Shown piece after piece: positions 8,065 to 16,618 of a stretch of DNA of 31,105 nucleotides (its first letter is position 1; each line of letters begins with the position of its first letter). The DNA comes from Thermoleophilaceae bacterium. GTDB lineage: Bacteria > Actinomycetota > Thermoleophilia > Solirubrobacterales > Thermoleophilaceae. Made by a program: the position numbers and the translations under genes. The notes beneath the pieces are model-generated. The model was not told where the DNA came from and searched no databases. It worked only from the letters and a program-made list of their open reading frames with translations. The stretch spans positions 1 to 31,105 of the forward strand of contig DASUQG010000354.1 in NCBI GenBank assembly GCA_036280695.1. Direction: 5' to 3'.

Positions 8065-9815
8065 CCGACGGCCTCCAGTTCGCGCTCGATGTCCTTGATC
8101 AGCTCGGCGGCGCGCTCCTCCGCCTGCTCGGCAGGCCACTCGTGCATCCGCGCGAGCGCCGCCAGCGACGGTGCCGCGCCGGCTTCGTCAACCGGTGCGC
8201 CGCGGGTCACCGCGGCGCTCATGGCGGCGTCGGTACGCCGGATCGCCCGCAGCATCGCCAGCTGCTTGGGCGCAGCGCAGTAGGCGTCGCGCTCGTCGAA
8301 CGCGGACTGCTGGAGGAAGTCCTCGCGCAGCAGTCGACCGGTGCGGAGCGTGAGGCGCTCGGGCGGCGCCAGCGTGTCAGGGCCGAGGAGCTGGACGACC
8401 TCGAGCAGCTGCGCCTCGCGCTGGAGCAGCTCGCGAGCCCAGGCGCGCTGCTCCTCCCAGTCGGCCGCCACCTCGCGCTCGAACCAGGCCGCGAAGTCGA
8501 AGAGCGTGTAGCTGCGGTTCCAGTCGATCGCGGGGAAGTGCCGCTGGCGAGCCAGAGTGGTGTCGAGCGCCCAGAACGTGCCCGCCAGGCGCAACGAGTG
8601 CTGCGTGATCGGCTCCGAGAAGTCGCCACCGGCCGGCGAGACCGCGCCGATGATGGTCACCGAGCCCTCGCGGACATCGGATCCCAGGCAGCGGACCGCG
8701 GCAGCCCGCTCGTAGAACTCGGCGAGCCGCGACGACAGGTACGCGGGATAACCCTCCTCGGCCGGCATCTCCTCGAGTCGGCTGGAGACCTCGCGCAGCG
8801 CCTCGCCCCAGCGGCTCGTCGAGTCGGCCATCAGCGCGACGTGGTAGCCCTGGTCGCGGAAGTACTCCGCCAGCGTGACGCCGGTGTAGATCGACGCCTC
8901 CCTGGCAGCGACCGGCATGTTGGACGTGTTCGCGATCAGGATCGTGCGCTCCATCAGGGACGCACCGGTGCGCGGGTCGACGAGCTCCGGGAACTCCTGG
9001 AGCACCTCGGTGAGCTCGTTACCGCGCTCTCCGCACCCGACGTAGATCACCACGTCGGCGTGCGCCCACTTGGCCAGCGACTGCTGGAGCACGGTCTTGC
9101 CGGTGCCGAACCCGCCGGGGATCGTCGCGGCTCCTCCGCGCGCGAGCGGGAACAGGACGTCGATGGCCCGCTGCCCAGTGATCAGCGGCGTCGACGCATC
9201 GAGACGGCCGGCAGCCGGGCGCGGGTCCCGGACGGGCCAGCGGCTCAGCATCTTGAGCGGCTGATCGTCGACCCATACGACCGGGTCGTCCAGCCGCGCC
9301 GGGCCGCGGCGGACGGCTGTGACGACTCCGGCGGTATCCACGGGCACGAGGATCCGGTGCTCGAGTGCTCCCTCGGCGACGATTCCAAGTACGTCCCCGG
9401 CTACCACGGAGTCCCCCGTCGCGACACGCGGCTCGAACGCCCAGGTGCGCTCGCGATCGAGCGCGGGCACGTCGCTGCCGCTTGAGAGCAGCGGCTGCCC
9501 GAACGGGTCGTCCCCGGCTCGGGCGAGCACGTCGAGCGGGCGCTGGGTCCCATCGAAGATGCGGCCGAGCAGGCCGGGACCGAGCTCGACCTCCAACGGA
9601 CGGCCGGTGTCCAGCACGGGCTCGCCGACCCGCAGGCCCGCAGTGTCCTCGTAGACCTGGATCGTGACCCGCTCGCCCTCGAGGCGAATGACCTCGCCTG
9701 GCAGGGCCGCGTCACCTACGCGCACGACGTTGTACAGCCGCACGCCGTCGAGGCCGCGGGCAACCACCACGGGGCCGGCCACCCGCCAGATCTCGCCGTG
9801 CGAGCCGGTCGTCAT
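8061..9815 (-). CDS. ntpA: A/V-type ATPase catalytic subunit A
   Basis: Start MTTGSHGEIWRVAGPVVVA at 9815. P-loop GGFGTGKT, GCGERGNE, ANTSNMPVAAREAS, DSTSRWGEALRE, EEGYPAYL. The longer 832-aa ORF is a spurious extension. Confidence 0.97.
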   Translation of the reverse strand: MTTGSHGEIWRVAGPVVVARGLDGVRLYNVVRVGDAALPGEVIRLEGERVTIQVYEDTAGLRVGEPVLDTGRPLEVELGPGLLGRIFDGTQRPLDVLARAGDDPFGQPLLSSGSDVPALDRERTWAFEPRVATGDSVVAGDVLGIVAEGALEHRILVPVDTAGVVTAVRRGPARLDDPVVWVDDQPLKMLSRWPVRDPRPAAGRLDASTPLITGQRAIDVLFPLARGGAATIPGGFGTGKTVLQQSLAKWAHADVVIYVGCGERGNELTEVLQEFPELVDPRTGASLMERTILIANTSNMPVAAREASIYTGVTLAEYFRDQGYHVALMADSTSRWGEALREVSSRLEEMPAEEGYPAYLSSRLAEFYERAAAVRCLGSDVREGSVTIIGAVSPAGGDFSEPITQHSLRLAGTFWALDTTLARQRHFPAIDWNRSYTLFDFAAWFEREVAADWEEQRAWARELLQREAQLLEVVQLLGPDTLAPPERLTLRTGRLLREDFLQQSAFDERDAYCAAPKQLAMLRAIRRTDAAMSAAVTRGAPVDEAGAAPSLAALARMHEWPAEQAEERAAELIKDIERELEAVG

Positions 9816-10153
9816 TGCCCGCCGCCTTCCTGGCCGAAGGTGATCTCGTACCCGACCGCCTGGCGCAGCATCTGGAGCAGCTGTTCCCGGCGGTCCTGGG
9901 ACTCCTCGACCGTCGTTCCTGCTGGAAGCGCCACCACGAGCGGCGTATCGAGAGCGTCGAGCCGCCGCCGGAGCGGCCGCTCGAGCGCGTGGAAGTACGG
10001 AGCGTGGACCGCGATCACGCCGTCCTCGTGCTCCACCAGCTCCTCGAGCCGAGCGGCGGTCTCCGCGGGCGAGGCGACCTCGAGCGCAGCGGCGCCGGCC
10101 AGCCGGTAGCCGGCCGCCAGCTCTCGCGTCGTCAGGACGAGTAAGCGGCTCAT
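9812..10153 (-). CDS. ntpF: A/V-type ATPase subunit F
   Basis: MSRLLVLTTRELAAGYRLAG matches the GFRLAG-type signature; ends LRQAVGYEI. 4-bp overlaps with both neighbours. Confidence 0.88.
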   Translation of the reverse strand: MSRLLVLTTRELAAGYRLAGAAALEVASPAETAARLEELVEHEDGVIAVHAPYFHALERPLRRRLDALDTPLVVALPAGTTVEESQDRREQLLQMLRQAVGYEITFGQEGGGQ

Positions 10154-11226
10154 GCGCGCGCCTCCGGCATGAGGAGCTCGCGACGGACCACCTCGGGGTG
10201 GATGCCGCGCACGCTCGCCTCGCCAAGGAGCCGGAGGTTCCGCGCCTCGGTCTGCTTGGCGGCGGTGAACGCGATCGGCACGTCGAGCGTGAGCGGGTCG
10301 CCCATGCGGAACAACGCGGCGGCGTCCGCGATGCGGCGCCGCTCCAGCTCGCGTTCCAGGGCGGGAAGGTCGCCGCTCCGCGCCCACCGCTCGAGCGAAG
10401 CCTGCCAGTCGCTGCCGGCACTGCGCGGGAGCGCGCTGATGACCGCGGCCGGCGCGGGGGCGCGCACGGCCGCCACGAAGCGAGCGAGCGGAACTGACCC
10501 GCCCGGAAGCAGCGCGCGCTCCGGCACCATGTCAACGGCGGCGCCCGAAGCCCGGGCATCGTGCACCCGCAGCGCCACTAACAGGTTGCGCTCGTCGATT
10601 GCCCGCCGCGCGAACCGCAGCAGCGTCCGGGCGTCCGGCCCGGCGGACGCGAGCGTGGCGGTCACGTGCGCGGCGTGGGCGGCGAGGACAGCGTGCTCGA
10701 GCGCCGCGAGGTTCCCCGTGCGTTCGAATTCGCCGAGCGCCGTACGTAAGGCGCCGGTCTGCTCGGTGTCTGGGATCCGGCGCAAGATCAGGTCGACCGC
10801 GCCCGCGAGCTCCGGCCCGCGAAGGATCTCGCTGGCGAGCGGCTCGACCAGCCAGCCCACCGGCAAGAGCGAGGCAAGCGCCTCGTCGGCCGGGCGCTGT
10901 GTGCCCGCCCGGGCGCGCAGCATGAGGACGACGTTCTCGACGTCGAAGCGCGAGAGCATGAGGTTGACGAGCTCGCGCGCCCGGTCGGCATAGAAGCCGC
11001 GCATCTCCTCGAGCGATCGGCCAAGGTGGGCTCTGATCGCCTCGTGGAGGCGACGAAGACCTGTCTCGTCGCGGGCCAGCACGATGTCGGACGCGTACGG
11101 GGTTCGCTCGAGCGCAGCGAGGAGGGCATCGATGTCCTCGCCGAGAAGCTGCTCGTAGTCAGCGACGTCCAGCAGCGCCGCACGGCGTGCGTGCAGACGC
11201 GTATTGCCGTAGACGAAGTCGCTCAT
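10150..11226 (-). CDS. ntpC: A/V-type ATPase subunit C (d/AC39)
   Basis: Starts FVYGNTRLHARRAALL; RFDVENVVLMLR; C-terminal EARNLRLL. Size and operon position also fit. Confidence 0.88.
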   Translation of the reverse strand: MSDFVYGNTRLHARRAALLDVADYEQLLGEDIDALLAALERTPYASDIVLARDETGLRRLHEAIRAHLGRSLEEMRGFYADRARELVNLMLSRFDVENVVLMLRARAGTQRPADEALASLLPVGWLVEPLASEILRGPELAGAVDLILRRIPDTEQTGALRTALGEFERTGNLAALEHAVLAAHAAHVTATLASAGPDARTLLRFARRAIDERNLLVALRVHDARASGAAVDMVPERALLPGGSVPLARFVAAVRAPAPAAVISALPRSAGSDWQASLERWARSGDLPALERELERRRIADAAALFRMGDPLTLDVPIAFTAAKQTEARNLRLLGEASVRGIHPEVVRRELLMPEARA

Positions 11227-11783
11227 TTGAGCCTTTCCGCGAAGCGCTGGCGGAGCAGCAGCTCGGCGTTGGCAAGTCGCTCCTCGAGCGTGTCCCGGAT
11301 CGTTCGCCCGTCATCGCTCGCCAGCTCGACGCCACCCCAGGTGTCGAGCGTCGGCTCGATGCGGAGATCGGGGGCAACAGTGCCGGCGAGGTCGGCATCG
11401 AGCGGGTCGACGTGGAGCTCGCACGCATTTGGCAATCCGGCCCGGCTCTCGGCGACGAGCGCGTGGAAGAGCTTGGGGTAGGCGCTCGTCTCGCGCACGG
11501 CAGCGAGCTCGGCCCGGATCCCGGACAGCAGCGACAAGAATGCCTGCTCGCGTGCCGACCGAACAGTGGCCGCGGCGTCGAGGCGCGCCAGGGCAAGCTC
11601 ATGCGCGGCCGCGCGGCGACCCTCGGCCGCGCCCGCCTCGGTGAGCTCCGCCTCGAGCGCCCGAGCGTCGCGGCGGGCGTCCTCGACCACGGCTGCCGCC
11701 GCGGCCGCCGCCTCGTCGGCGGCGCGAGCGCGGTCCGCATCCGCCTCGGTCTCGATGGCTCGCAATAGGTCCCTGAGCGCCAT
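11223..11783 (-). CDS. ntpE: A/V-type ATPase subunit E
   Basis: Ala/Glu-rich coiled-coil N-terminus and C-terminal WGGVELASDDGRTIRDTLEERL. Confidence 0.85.
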   Translation of the reverse strand: MALRDLLRAIETEADADRARAADEAAAAAAAVVEDARRDARALEAELTEAGAAEGRRAAAHELALARLDAAATVRSAREQAFLSLLSGIRAELAAVRETSAYPKLFHALVAESRAGLPNACELHVDPLDADLAGTVAPDLRIEPTLDTWGGVELASDDGRTIRDTLEERLANAELLLRQRFAERLK

Positions 11784-11785
11784 GG

Positions 11786-12001
11786 TCAGAGCAGCACGAT
11801 CAGCATTGCCGCCACCGCGAAGCCGAGGATGACGAGGGTCTCGGGGATAGCCACCAGCAGGATCGCGCGACCGGCCATCTCGGGCCGCTCAGCGATCAGC
11901 CCCATCGCCGCCGCGCCGATGCGCGCCTGCGCGTAGCCGGTCGCGAGGCCGGCGAGCCCGACCGCCAGCGCCGCCCCGATCGCAATCAGTCCTGTCTCCA
12001 T
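11786..12001 (-). CDS. ntpK: A/V-type ATPase proteolipid subunit K/c (single hairpin, 71 aa)
   Basis: METGLIAIGAALAVGLAGLATGYAQARIGAAAMG...AIPETLVILGF, with one conserved Glu. GGAG RBS. Confidence 0.93.
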   Translation of the reverse strand: METGLIAIGAALAVGLAGLATGYAQARIGAAAMGLIAERPEMAGRAILLVAIPETLVILGFAVAAMLIVLL

Positions 12002-12012
12002 CTTCTGCTCCT

Positions 12013-13944
12013 TCAGCTCGTGGGTTGGGTATCGGCGCCGGGTGGGCGCCCGAAGGGTGTGAACTCGCGGCCGCCGCCGACGAAGAACGTGTCGAAGAAC
12101 TCGACGTAGTGGAGGCGCAGCGCCTGGATCGTGGGACTGAACGCGGCCAGGGCGACGTTCATCGCGTGGAAGAAGGTCGCGACGAGCACGCCCATCCAGA
12201 TCGGACCGATCGTCCCCAGCTCGTTGGCGACGGCCGCCAGGTGTGCGGACGCCAGCCCGACGGCCGCGATCCGGAGGTAGGAGAGCACCTTGCCGAGCGT
12301 GCCGATCAGCTCCAGCGGGCCCGTGATCATGCCGATCGCCCCGTGCAGTGACATCACGAGAACCACCCCGACGACCGCTGCGGCCACCGCGGGGGTGAGG
12401 GCGCCGGACGGGAGATGGCCAGCCGCCCACCCGGCGAGGCCGAACAGGCCGCCGAGCACGAGCAGCACGCCGAGCTTGTCGAACAGCTCGCGACCCTCCC
12501 CGAAGCGGATCGCCTCCAACGCGCCCAGTGCGAGCCCGAGGACCACGTGGGCTGCGCCCATCGCTACGGCGAGCAGGAGCAGCGGCTCGAGCGTGTCGGC
12601 GGCGGGCCTGTAGCGCCACACTGCCCAGTCTCCGAACACCCGCTGGCCGAGATCCCCGAAGAGCTCGCCGAACAGGACGCCGAAGACGATCGACCACACC
12701 GCGCCCGCAACCAGGACCCAACTGAGGCGCGCGAGAAGCGGCGTGCGCACGCGATACGCGCGACGGGCGACGAGCGCGATGGCCAGCAGCACCGCGCCGT
12801 AGCCGACGTCTCCGACCATGGCCCCGAACATCAGCGGGAGGAACAGCGCCATCATGAGCGTGGGGTCGAGCGCGCCGGCGCGCGGAAGCTCGAGGAAGCT
12901 GACCAGCGGCTCGAACGGGCGGGCGAGGCGCGAGTTCCGCATCAGCACCGGCGCGTCGGGGTCGCGTGGGGAGGGCGCCGTGTCCTCGACGACGACCGCC
13001 GTGCCGAGCCGAGCCTCGACCTCCTCGCGCAGCGCCGCGAGCTGGCGGCGGGGCACCCAGCAGTCGGCGATGAAGGCGCGCTGTGTGACGCCCACCCGTC
13101 CGACGGCCTCGAGCCGCTCGAGCTCACCGGCGATGCCCGCGCGCAGCTCACGGAGCCGCCCGGCATGCGGCACCAGCAGCGCCCGGCGCCGGTCTTCGGC
13201 AGCGGCGATCGCCTGCGGGAGCTCGGCCAAGCGGCGCTCGATCGCGTCGACGGCTGCGTGCAGCGAGAGATGCTCGAACGCCTCGGGGAGCGCGACATGG
13301 CGAACCTGCGCGCGCCCGAGCAGCGCCTGCACGGCGGCGCGGTCGGCGTAGGGGAACACGATCAGGCAGCCGATGGCGCCCGCCTCGATGCGCGTCGACA
13401 GCAGCGCGAACTTCTTGCCGAGCTCCTCGCTCAGCTGCCCGCGGAGCGTCTGCACCACAAGCTCGTCCTCGGTGTTGAGCACCAGCGCGACGGTGCCCAG
13501 TCGAAGCTGGCGAAGAGCCTCGTCGTCGAGCTCGGCGAGCTCGGGAACCAGCGGCAACAGCCGCCGCAGCGGCTCGAGATAGCCGGGAAGCACGAGACGC
13601 TCGTCGCGGAGCGCCTCCAGGCACCGCCGCAGCTCATCGACAGGGGTGGAGATTCGATCGAGCTCATCCTTGAGCGCGTTGAGATCGAGCGCGTGCTCGA
13701 CCCTGTCCGCCTGCCCCGCGCCTGCCGCGTCGAGCTCCGCCAACAGGCCGTCCGCCTGCGCCGCGAGGGAACGGAGATCGTCGCGGCGCGACGCACGCAG
13801 CTTCTCGCCGCGCAGTCCCTCGATCCCGTTCGCACCCCGGGCGTCGGCGATCTCCACGCGTCCGAGACGCTGGAGCTCGGTGACGGCGCGCTCGACCTCG
13901 CGGCGGGGGCCGAGTATCTGGGCTTTCGTCATCGGTACGAGCAC
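12013..13944 (-). CDS. ntpI: A/V-type ATPase subunit I (a)
   Basis: Soluble N-terminal half, then LDPT...FLPLMFGAMVGDVGYG, multiple TM segments, essential Arg in LSYLRIAAVGL, and IQALRLHYVEFF. Confidence 0.95.
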   Translation of the reverse strand: MLVPMTKAQILGPRREVERAVTELQRLGRVEIADARGANGIEGLRGEKLRASRRDDLRSLAAQADGLLAELDAAGAGQADRVEHALDLNALKDELDRISTPVDELRRCLEALRDERLVLPGYLEPLRRLLPLVPELAELDDEALRQLRLGTVALVLNTEDELVVQTLRGQLSEELGKKFALLSTRIEAGAIGCLIVFPYADRAAVQALLGRAQVRHVALPEAFEHLSLHAAVDAIERRLAELPQAIAAAEDRRRALLVPHAGRLRELRAGIAGELERLEAVGRVGVTQRAFIADCWVPRRQLAALREEVEARLGTAVVVEDTAPSPRDPDAPVLMRNSRLARPFEPLVSFLELPRAGALDPTLMMALFLPLMFGAMVGDVGYGAVLLAIALVARRAYRVRTPLLARLSWVLVAGAVWSIVFGVLFGELFGDLGQRVFGDWAVWRYRPAADTLEPLLLLAVAMGAAHVVLGLALGALEAIRFGEGRELFDKLGVLLVLGGLFGLAGWAAGHLPSGALTPAVAAAVVGVVLVMSLHGAIGMITGPLELIGTLGKVLSYLRIAAVGLASAHLAAVANELGTIGPIWMGVLVATFFHAMNVALAAFSPTIQALRLHYVEFFDTFFVGGGREFTPFGRPPGADTQPTS

Positions 13945-13947
13945 GCT

Positions 13948-14286
13948 CTATGCCCCCACATGCAGCAACAGCTCCGTGAGCTCGGCGATCAACGGTTCGC
14001 GGTCGGCGGACGAGCGCCGGCGGAGCTCCTCCGCCCGAGCGATGCCGTCGGCGCGGATCGCGGCGGCCTCCGCCTCCGCCTCGGCCACCAGCGCGCTCTG
14101 GCGACCGCGGGCCGCCTTGCGCCCGGCCTCGCGCGCGCTCGCGAGCAGGCGATCAGCCTCCGCGCGGGCCGCGGCGAGCGCGTCCTCGGCCACGTCACGC
14201 GCGCCGTCGCGCTCCTCGAGCGCGCTCTCGAGTCGCTGGACGGCTGTCAGCGCATCGAGTGGCGGAGGATCCCTCTGGACAGTCAT
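13948..14286 (-). CDS. Probable A/V-type ATPase peripheral stalk subunit G/H
   Basis: 112-aa Ala/Glu/Arg coiled coil (AARAEADRLLASARE...AEAEAEAAAIRA) directly upstream of subunit I. Assigned by position and composition. Confidence 0.7.
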   Translation of the reverse strand: MTVQRDPPPLDALTAVQRLESALEERDGARDVAEDALAAARAEADRLLASAREAGRKAARGRQSALVAEAEAEAAAIRADGIARAEELRRRSSADREPLIAELTELLLHVGA

Positions 14287-14921
14287 CGCCCGACACCCGC
14301 CAGGGCGCCCTTGGAGCGCATGCGACGCAGCCGCACGCGATCCTCCATCTCGCGCTCCTCGAGGACCAGCGCGATGCGCGCGCGCTCTGCCTCGAGCCTC
14401 GGGACGACCACGTGCTCGAGCGCGTTCATCCGGCGCGTGGTTCGCGCGATCTCGTTCGCAAGCCGGCGTACCGAGAGCTCTAGCGCCGCAACGTCGAGCA
14501 GCCGGTCCAGCACCGCCTCGAAGCGCTCGGCCACGCTGTCGATGCGCGCGGTCGTGCCCGCGAGGCTGTAGCCGCGATCAGTCCGTGCCCGGGCGACTGT
14601 GCCCTTCGCGATCTCGACGACCCCGATCCCGGCCACGTTCCGCGTCTGCAGGCTCAGCTCGACCTCCCCCTGGGCGGCGAACGCCGCCGACTCGACCGGC
14701 TCGAGGCCACTCGCGGCGACCGTCAGCCCGAGGAACCGCCCGGCGTCGGCCGCGTCACGGTCGAGCACGTCCAGCGACTCGAGGGCCGAGGCGCCGAGGT
14801 GATTGAACTCGCGCACCAACGCGCTGCGTCGCTCCTTGAGCAGGTCCCGCCCCTGAGCGGCAAGCCGGATCTCCGCCTTGCGGGCGAGCAACTCGCTCCT
14901 CGTCGGACTCACTGGGGCCAT
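14283..14921 (-). CDS. ntpD: A/V-type ATPase subunit D
   Basis: PTRSELLARK...QGRDLLKERRSAL; LANEIARTTRRMNALEHVVVP; LEERE. Start placed at the ATG at 14921 because the 14930 ATG lies inside the -10 hexamer. Confidence 0.93.
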   Translation of the reverse strand: MAPVSPTRSELLARKAEIRLAAQGRDLLKERRSALVREFNHLGASALESLDVLDRDAADAGRFLGLTVAASGLEPVESAAFAAQGEVELSLQTRNVAGIGVVEIAKGTVARARTDRGYSLAGTTARIDSVAERFEAVLDRLLDVAALELSVRRLANEIARTTRRMNALEHVVVPRLEAERARIALVLEEREMEDRVRLRRMRSKGALAGVGR

Positions 14922-14928
14922 ACACGAC

Positions 14929-14974
14929 ATCGTGCACCCCGGCCGTCCTCGCGACTATGGGTCTGAATACCGAT
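14929..14974 (-). promoter_or_regulatory. Motif-1 promoter of the ATPase operon: ATCGGT-ATTCAG-ACCCAT, N22, CACGAT
   Basis: The plus strand at 14957-14974 reads ATGGGT-CTGAAT-ACCGAT, the best palindrome of the set. The -10 is at 14934-14929 and the ATG at 14921. Confidence 0.8.
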
Positions 14975-15045
14975 CTGGGCCCCGGGCGCGTACCACGGTG
15001 CCTGTCTCAGCTATCGCGATCGGGTCTCCTCATGGCGCCGGTCGC

Positions 15046-15717
15046 TCATCGCTCCGGGGGTTCGGCGATCTCGTAGAGGTCGTCGCCGAGCTGCCTGATC
15101 CTTCCGCTGGAGACGGCGTCGGCGACGGCCCGCCTGCCGCCCCCATCGGACCAGTGCGCCGCTCCGCACAGCGCGAGGAGGCGTGCGCGAGTGAGGACTC
15201 CGTATCCGCTGAGCGTGCGCACGACGGCCTCGACTTCGGCCTCCTGTCGGCTGTGAGACCGTCGCGACGAATGGTCTGGCGAAAGCTCGCTGCGCACGCT
15301 GATCTTCACGTTGCCGCGCAGCGCGTTGGAGACTGGGCAGAGATCGCCTGCCGATTCGACGATCCGCGTGAGGTCGGCCGCCTGGAGACCGGGCACCTGT
15401 GCCCGGATCGCGAGTTCGATCGTGGTTATGCGCGGCGCACCGTCCACCTCGTCGAGTGTGCAGGTGGCCTTCACCGCCAGGCGCTCCGGCGGCGTCTTGT
15501 TCTTTCCGAGGACAAGGGCAAGGGCCATCGCGAAGCAGCTCGCATGCGCGGCCGCGATCAGCTCCTCGGGGCTCGTCTGGCCTTCCGGTCGCCCGGTCCG
15601 CGACGCCCACGTCACCCGGAGCTTGTTCAGGGCGTCGCTTCCGCTCGTCAGCCTCCCGGTTCCGCCTCCCAGCGGCCCCTCCCAGAGGATCTCGGCTTCA
15701 CGTAGTGCTACCGGCAT
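15046..15717 (-). CDS. osmC: OsmC-family peroxiredoxin with a C-terminal extra domain of about 80 aa
   Basis: AEILWEGPLGGGTG, TSPEELIAAAHASCFAMAL and LCPVSNAL, with both Cys present. The frame continues without a stop into EAEVEAVVRTL...LYEIAEPPER. Confidence 0.85.
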   Translation of the reverse strand: MPVALREAEILWEGPLGGGTGRLTSGSDALNKLRVTWASRTGRPEGQTSPEELIAAAHASCFAMALALVLGKNKTPPERLAVKATCTLDEVDGAPRITTIELAIRAQVPGLQAADLTRIVESAGDLCPVSNALRGNVKISVRSELSPDHSSRRSHSRQEAEVEAVVRTLSGYGVLTRARLLALCGAAHWSDGGGRRAVADAVSSGRIRQLGDDLYEIAEPPER

Positions 15718-16231
15718 GGTTCGCCTTCCTGTTTGCGTGGGGCCGGTGCGGTGACGCGTATGCGCCCACCGGCGCCCGCATCGAGATCGCCAACCGGTTC
15801 CAGCCGTTGATGGCCACGACAGCGAGCGTGAGCGCGACGATCTCTTCCGCCGAGAAGCTCTCCTCGAGCTTCTCGTAGACGGCGTCGGGCGCACCAGCTT
15901 CAGAGATCAAGGTGAGGTGCTCGCACCAGGCCAAGGCCGCCCGCTCACGCTCGTCGTAGCAGGGGGCGTCGCGCCACGCGGCGAGCAGGTGCAGCCGCTG
16001 CTCCGACTCGCCGAGCGCGCGGGCGTCCTTGGAGTGCACGTCGAGGCAATGCGCGCAGCCGTTGATCTGCGACGCCCTGATCTTCACGAGCTCGAGCAGC
16101 CGTGGCTCGAGCTCGGCCACGTCGACGGCGCGCTGCAGGCCGACCATGGCACGAACGCCAGCCGGGAAGACCCTGGTGTAGTCGATCCGCGGTGGCTCGG
16201 CTGGAGTGGTTGTCGGCTCGTCGGTATGCAT
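15698..16231 (-). CDS. CMD / AhpD-like protein (YdfG-like)
   Basis: LLELVKIRASQINGCAHCLDVH, YDERERAALAWCEHLT, INGWNRLAI. Start at M19 of the track ORF (16231) or at 16237. Confidence 0.9.
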   Translation of the reverse strand: MHTDEPTTTPAEPPRIDYTRVFPAGVRAMVGLQRAVDVAELEPRLLELVKIRASQINGCAHCLDVHSKDARALGESEQRLHLLAAWRDAPCYDERERAALAWCEHLTLISEAGAPDAVYEKLEESFSAEEIVALTLAVVAINGWNRLAISMRAPVGAYASPHRPHANRKANHAGSTT

Positions 16232-16239
16232 CTCCATGA

Positions 16240-16285
16240 AGCGTGCCGACGCGAGGACTCCTACGGTATGGACGAAACCGCCCAT
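16240..16285 (-). promoter_or_regulatory. Motif-1 promoter: ATGGGC-GGTTTC-GTCCAT, N22, CACGCT
   Basis: Palindrome at 16268-16285, hexamer at 16245-16240, ATG at 16231. Faces the CMD-osmC pair. Confidence 0.6.
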
Positions 16286-16322
16286 TCGGGGTCGGCAACA
16301 GGCCCCACGTCGGGTGCGACGC

Positions 16323-16556
16323 TCAGTAGGCGCGGCGCTCGTGGTCGAGCGGCGCGAGGATCCGCGCCGCGAGCGGTGGCGGGCAACCGCGTTCGACCAA
16401 CCCGGTCAGCGCGTGCAGGTCCACACCCAGCTCCCGCGACAGTTCCTCAGCGAGTGCCGAGTCGAAGCCGGCGTGGCGAAGCCTCGCGCGGCGCCAGGCG
16501 ACTACGTTGGCCGCTTCTTGCTCGGCCCCGGTCTGTTGTCCGGTTCTAAGTTCCAC
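16323..16556 (-). CDS. Small hypothetical protein (77 aa)
   Basis: VVAWRRARLRHAGF...VDLHALTGLVERGCPPPLAARIL looks like an ordered helical protein. It has its own motif-2 promoter 5 nt upstream of the GTG. Confidence 0.7.
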   Translation of the reverse strand: MELRTGQQTGAEQEAANVVAWRRARLRHAGFDSALAEELSRELGVDLHALTGLVERGCPPPLAARILAPLDHERRAY

Positions 16557-16561
16557 GTCCT

Positions 16562-16591
16562 ATTAGCGCACCCCAACCGGGCTCTCTTACC
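16562..16591 (-). promoter_or_regulatory. Motif-2 promoter GGTAAG-N18-GCTAAT
   Basis: Same spacing as three other sites; 5 nt before the GTG at 16556. Confidence 0.6.
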
Positions 16592-16618
16592 AGCCGAAGA
16601 TGCCGGCAAGCGGCGGCG

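Noticed and set aside
9816-10559. N-terminal 248 aa of the 832-aa subunit A ORF
   Set aside because: Overlaps subunits F and C in another frame. Homology starts at MTTGSHGEIW, so this is not an intein or fusion.
11580-11740. GCC/GCG-rich repetitive stretch in subunit E (similar in subunit G)
   Set aside because: Simply encodes Ala-rich coiled coils; not a repeat element.
12415-14571. 718-aa plus-strand ORF
   Set aside because: Antisense shadow of subunits I, G and D. Long stop-free antisense frames are expected in GC-rich DNA, and it has no recognisable motifs.
14878-15705. 275-aa plus-strand ORF
   Set aside because: Antisense to osmC and crosses the ATPase promoter; no motifs.
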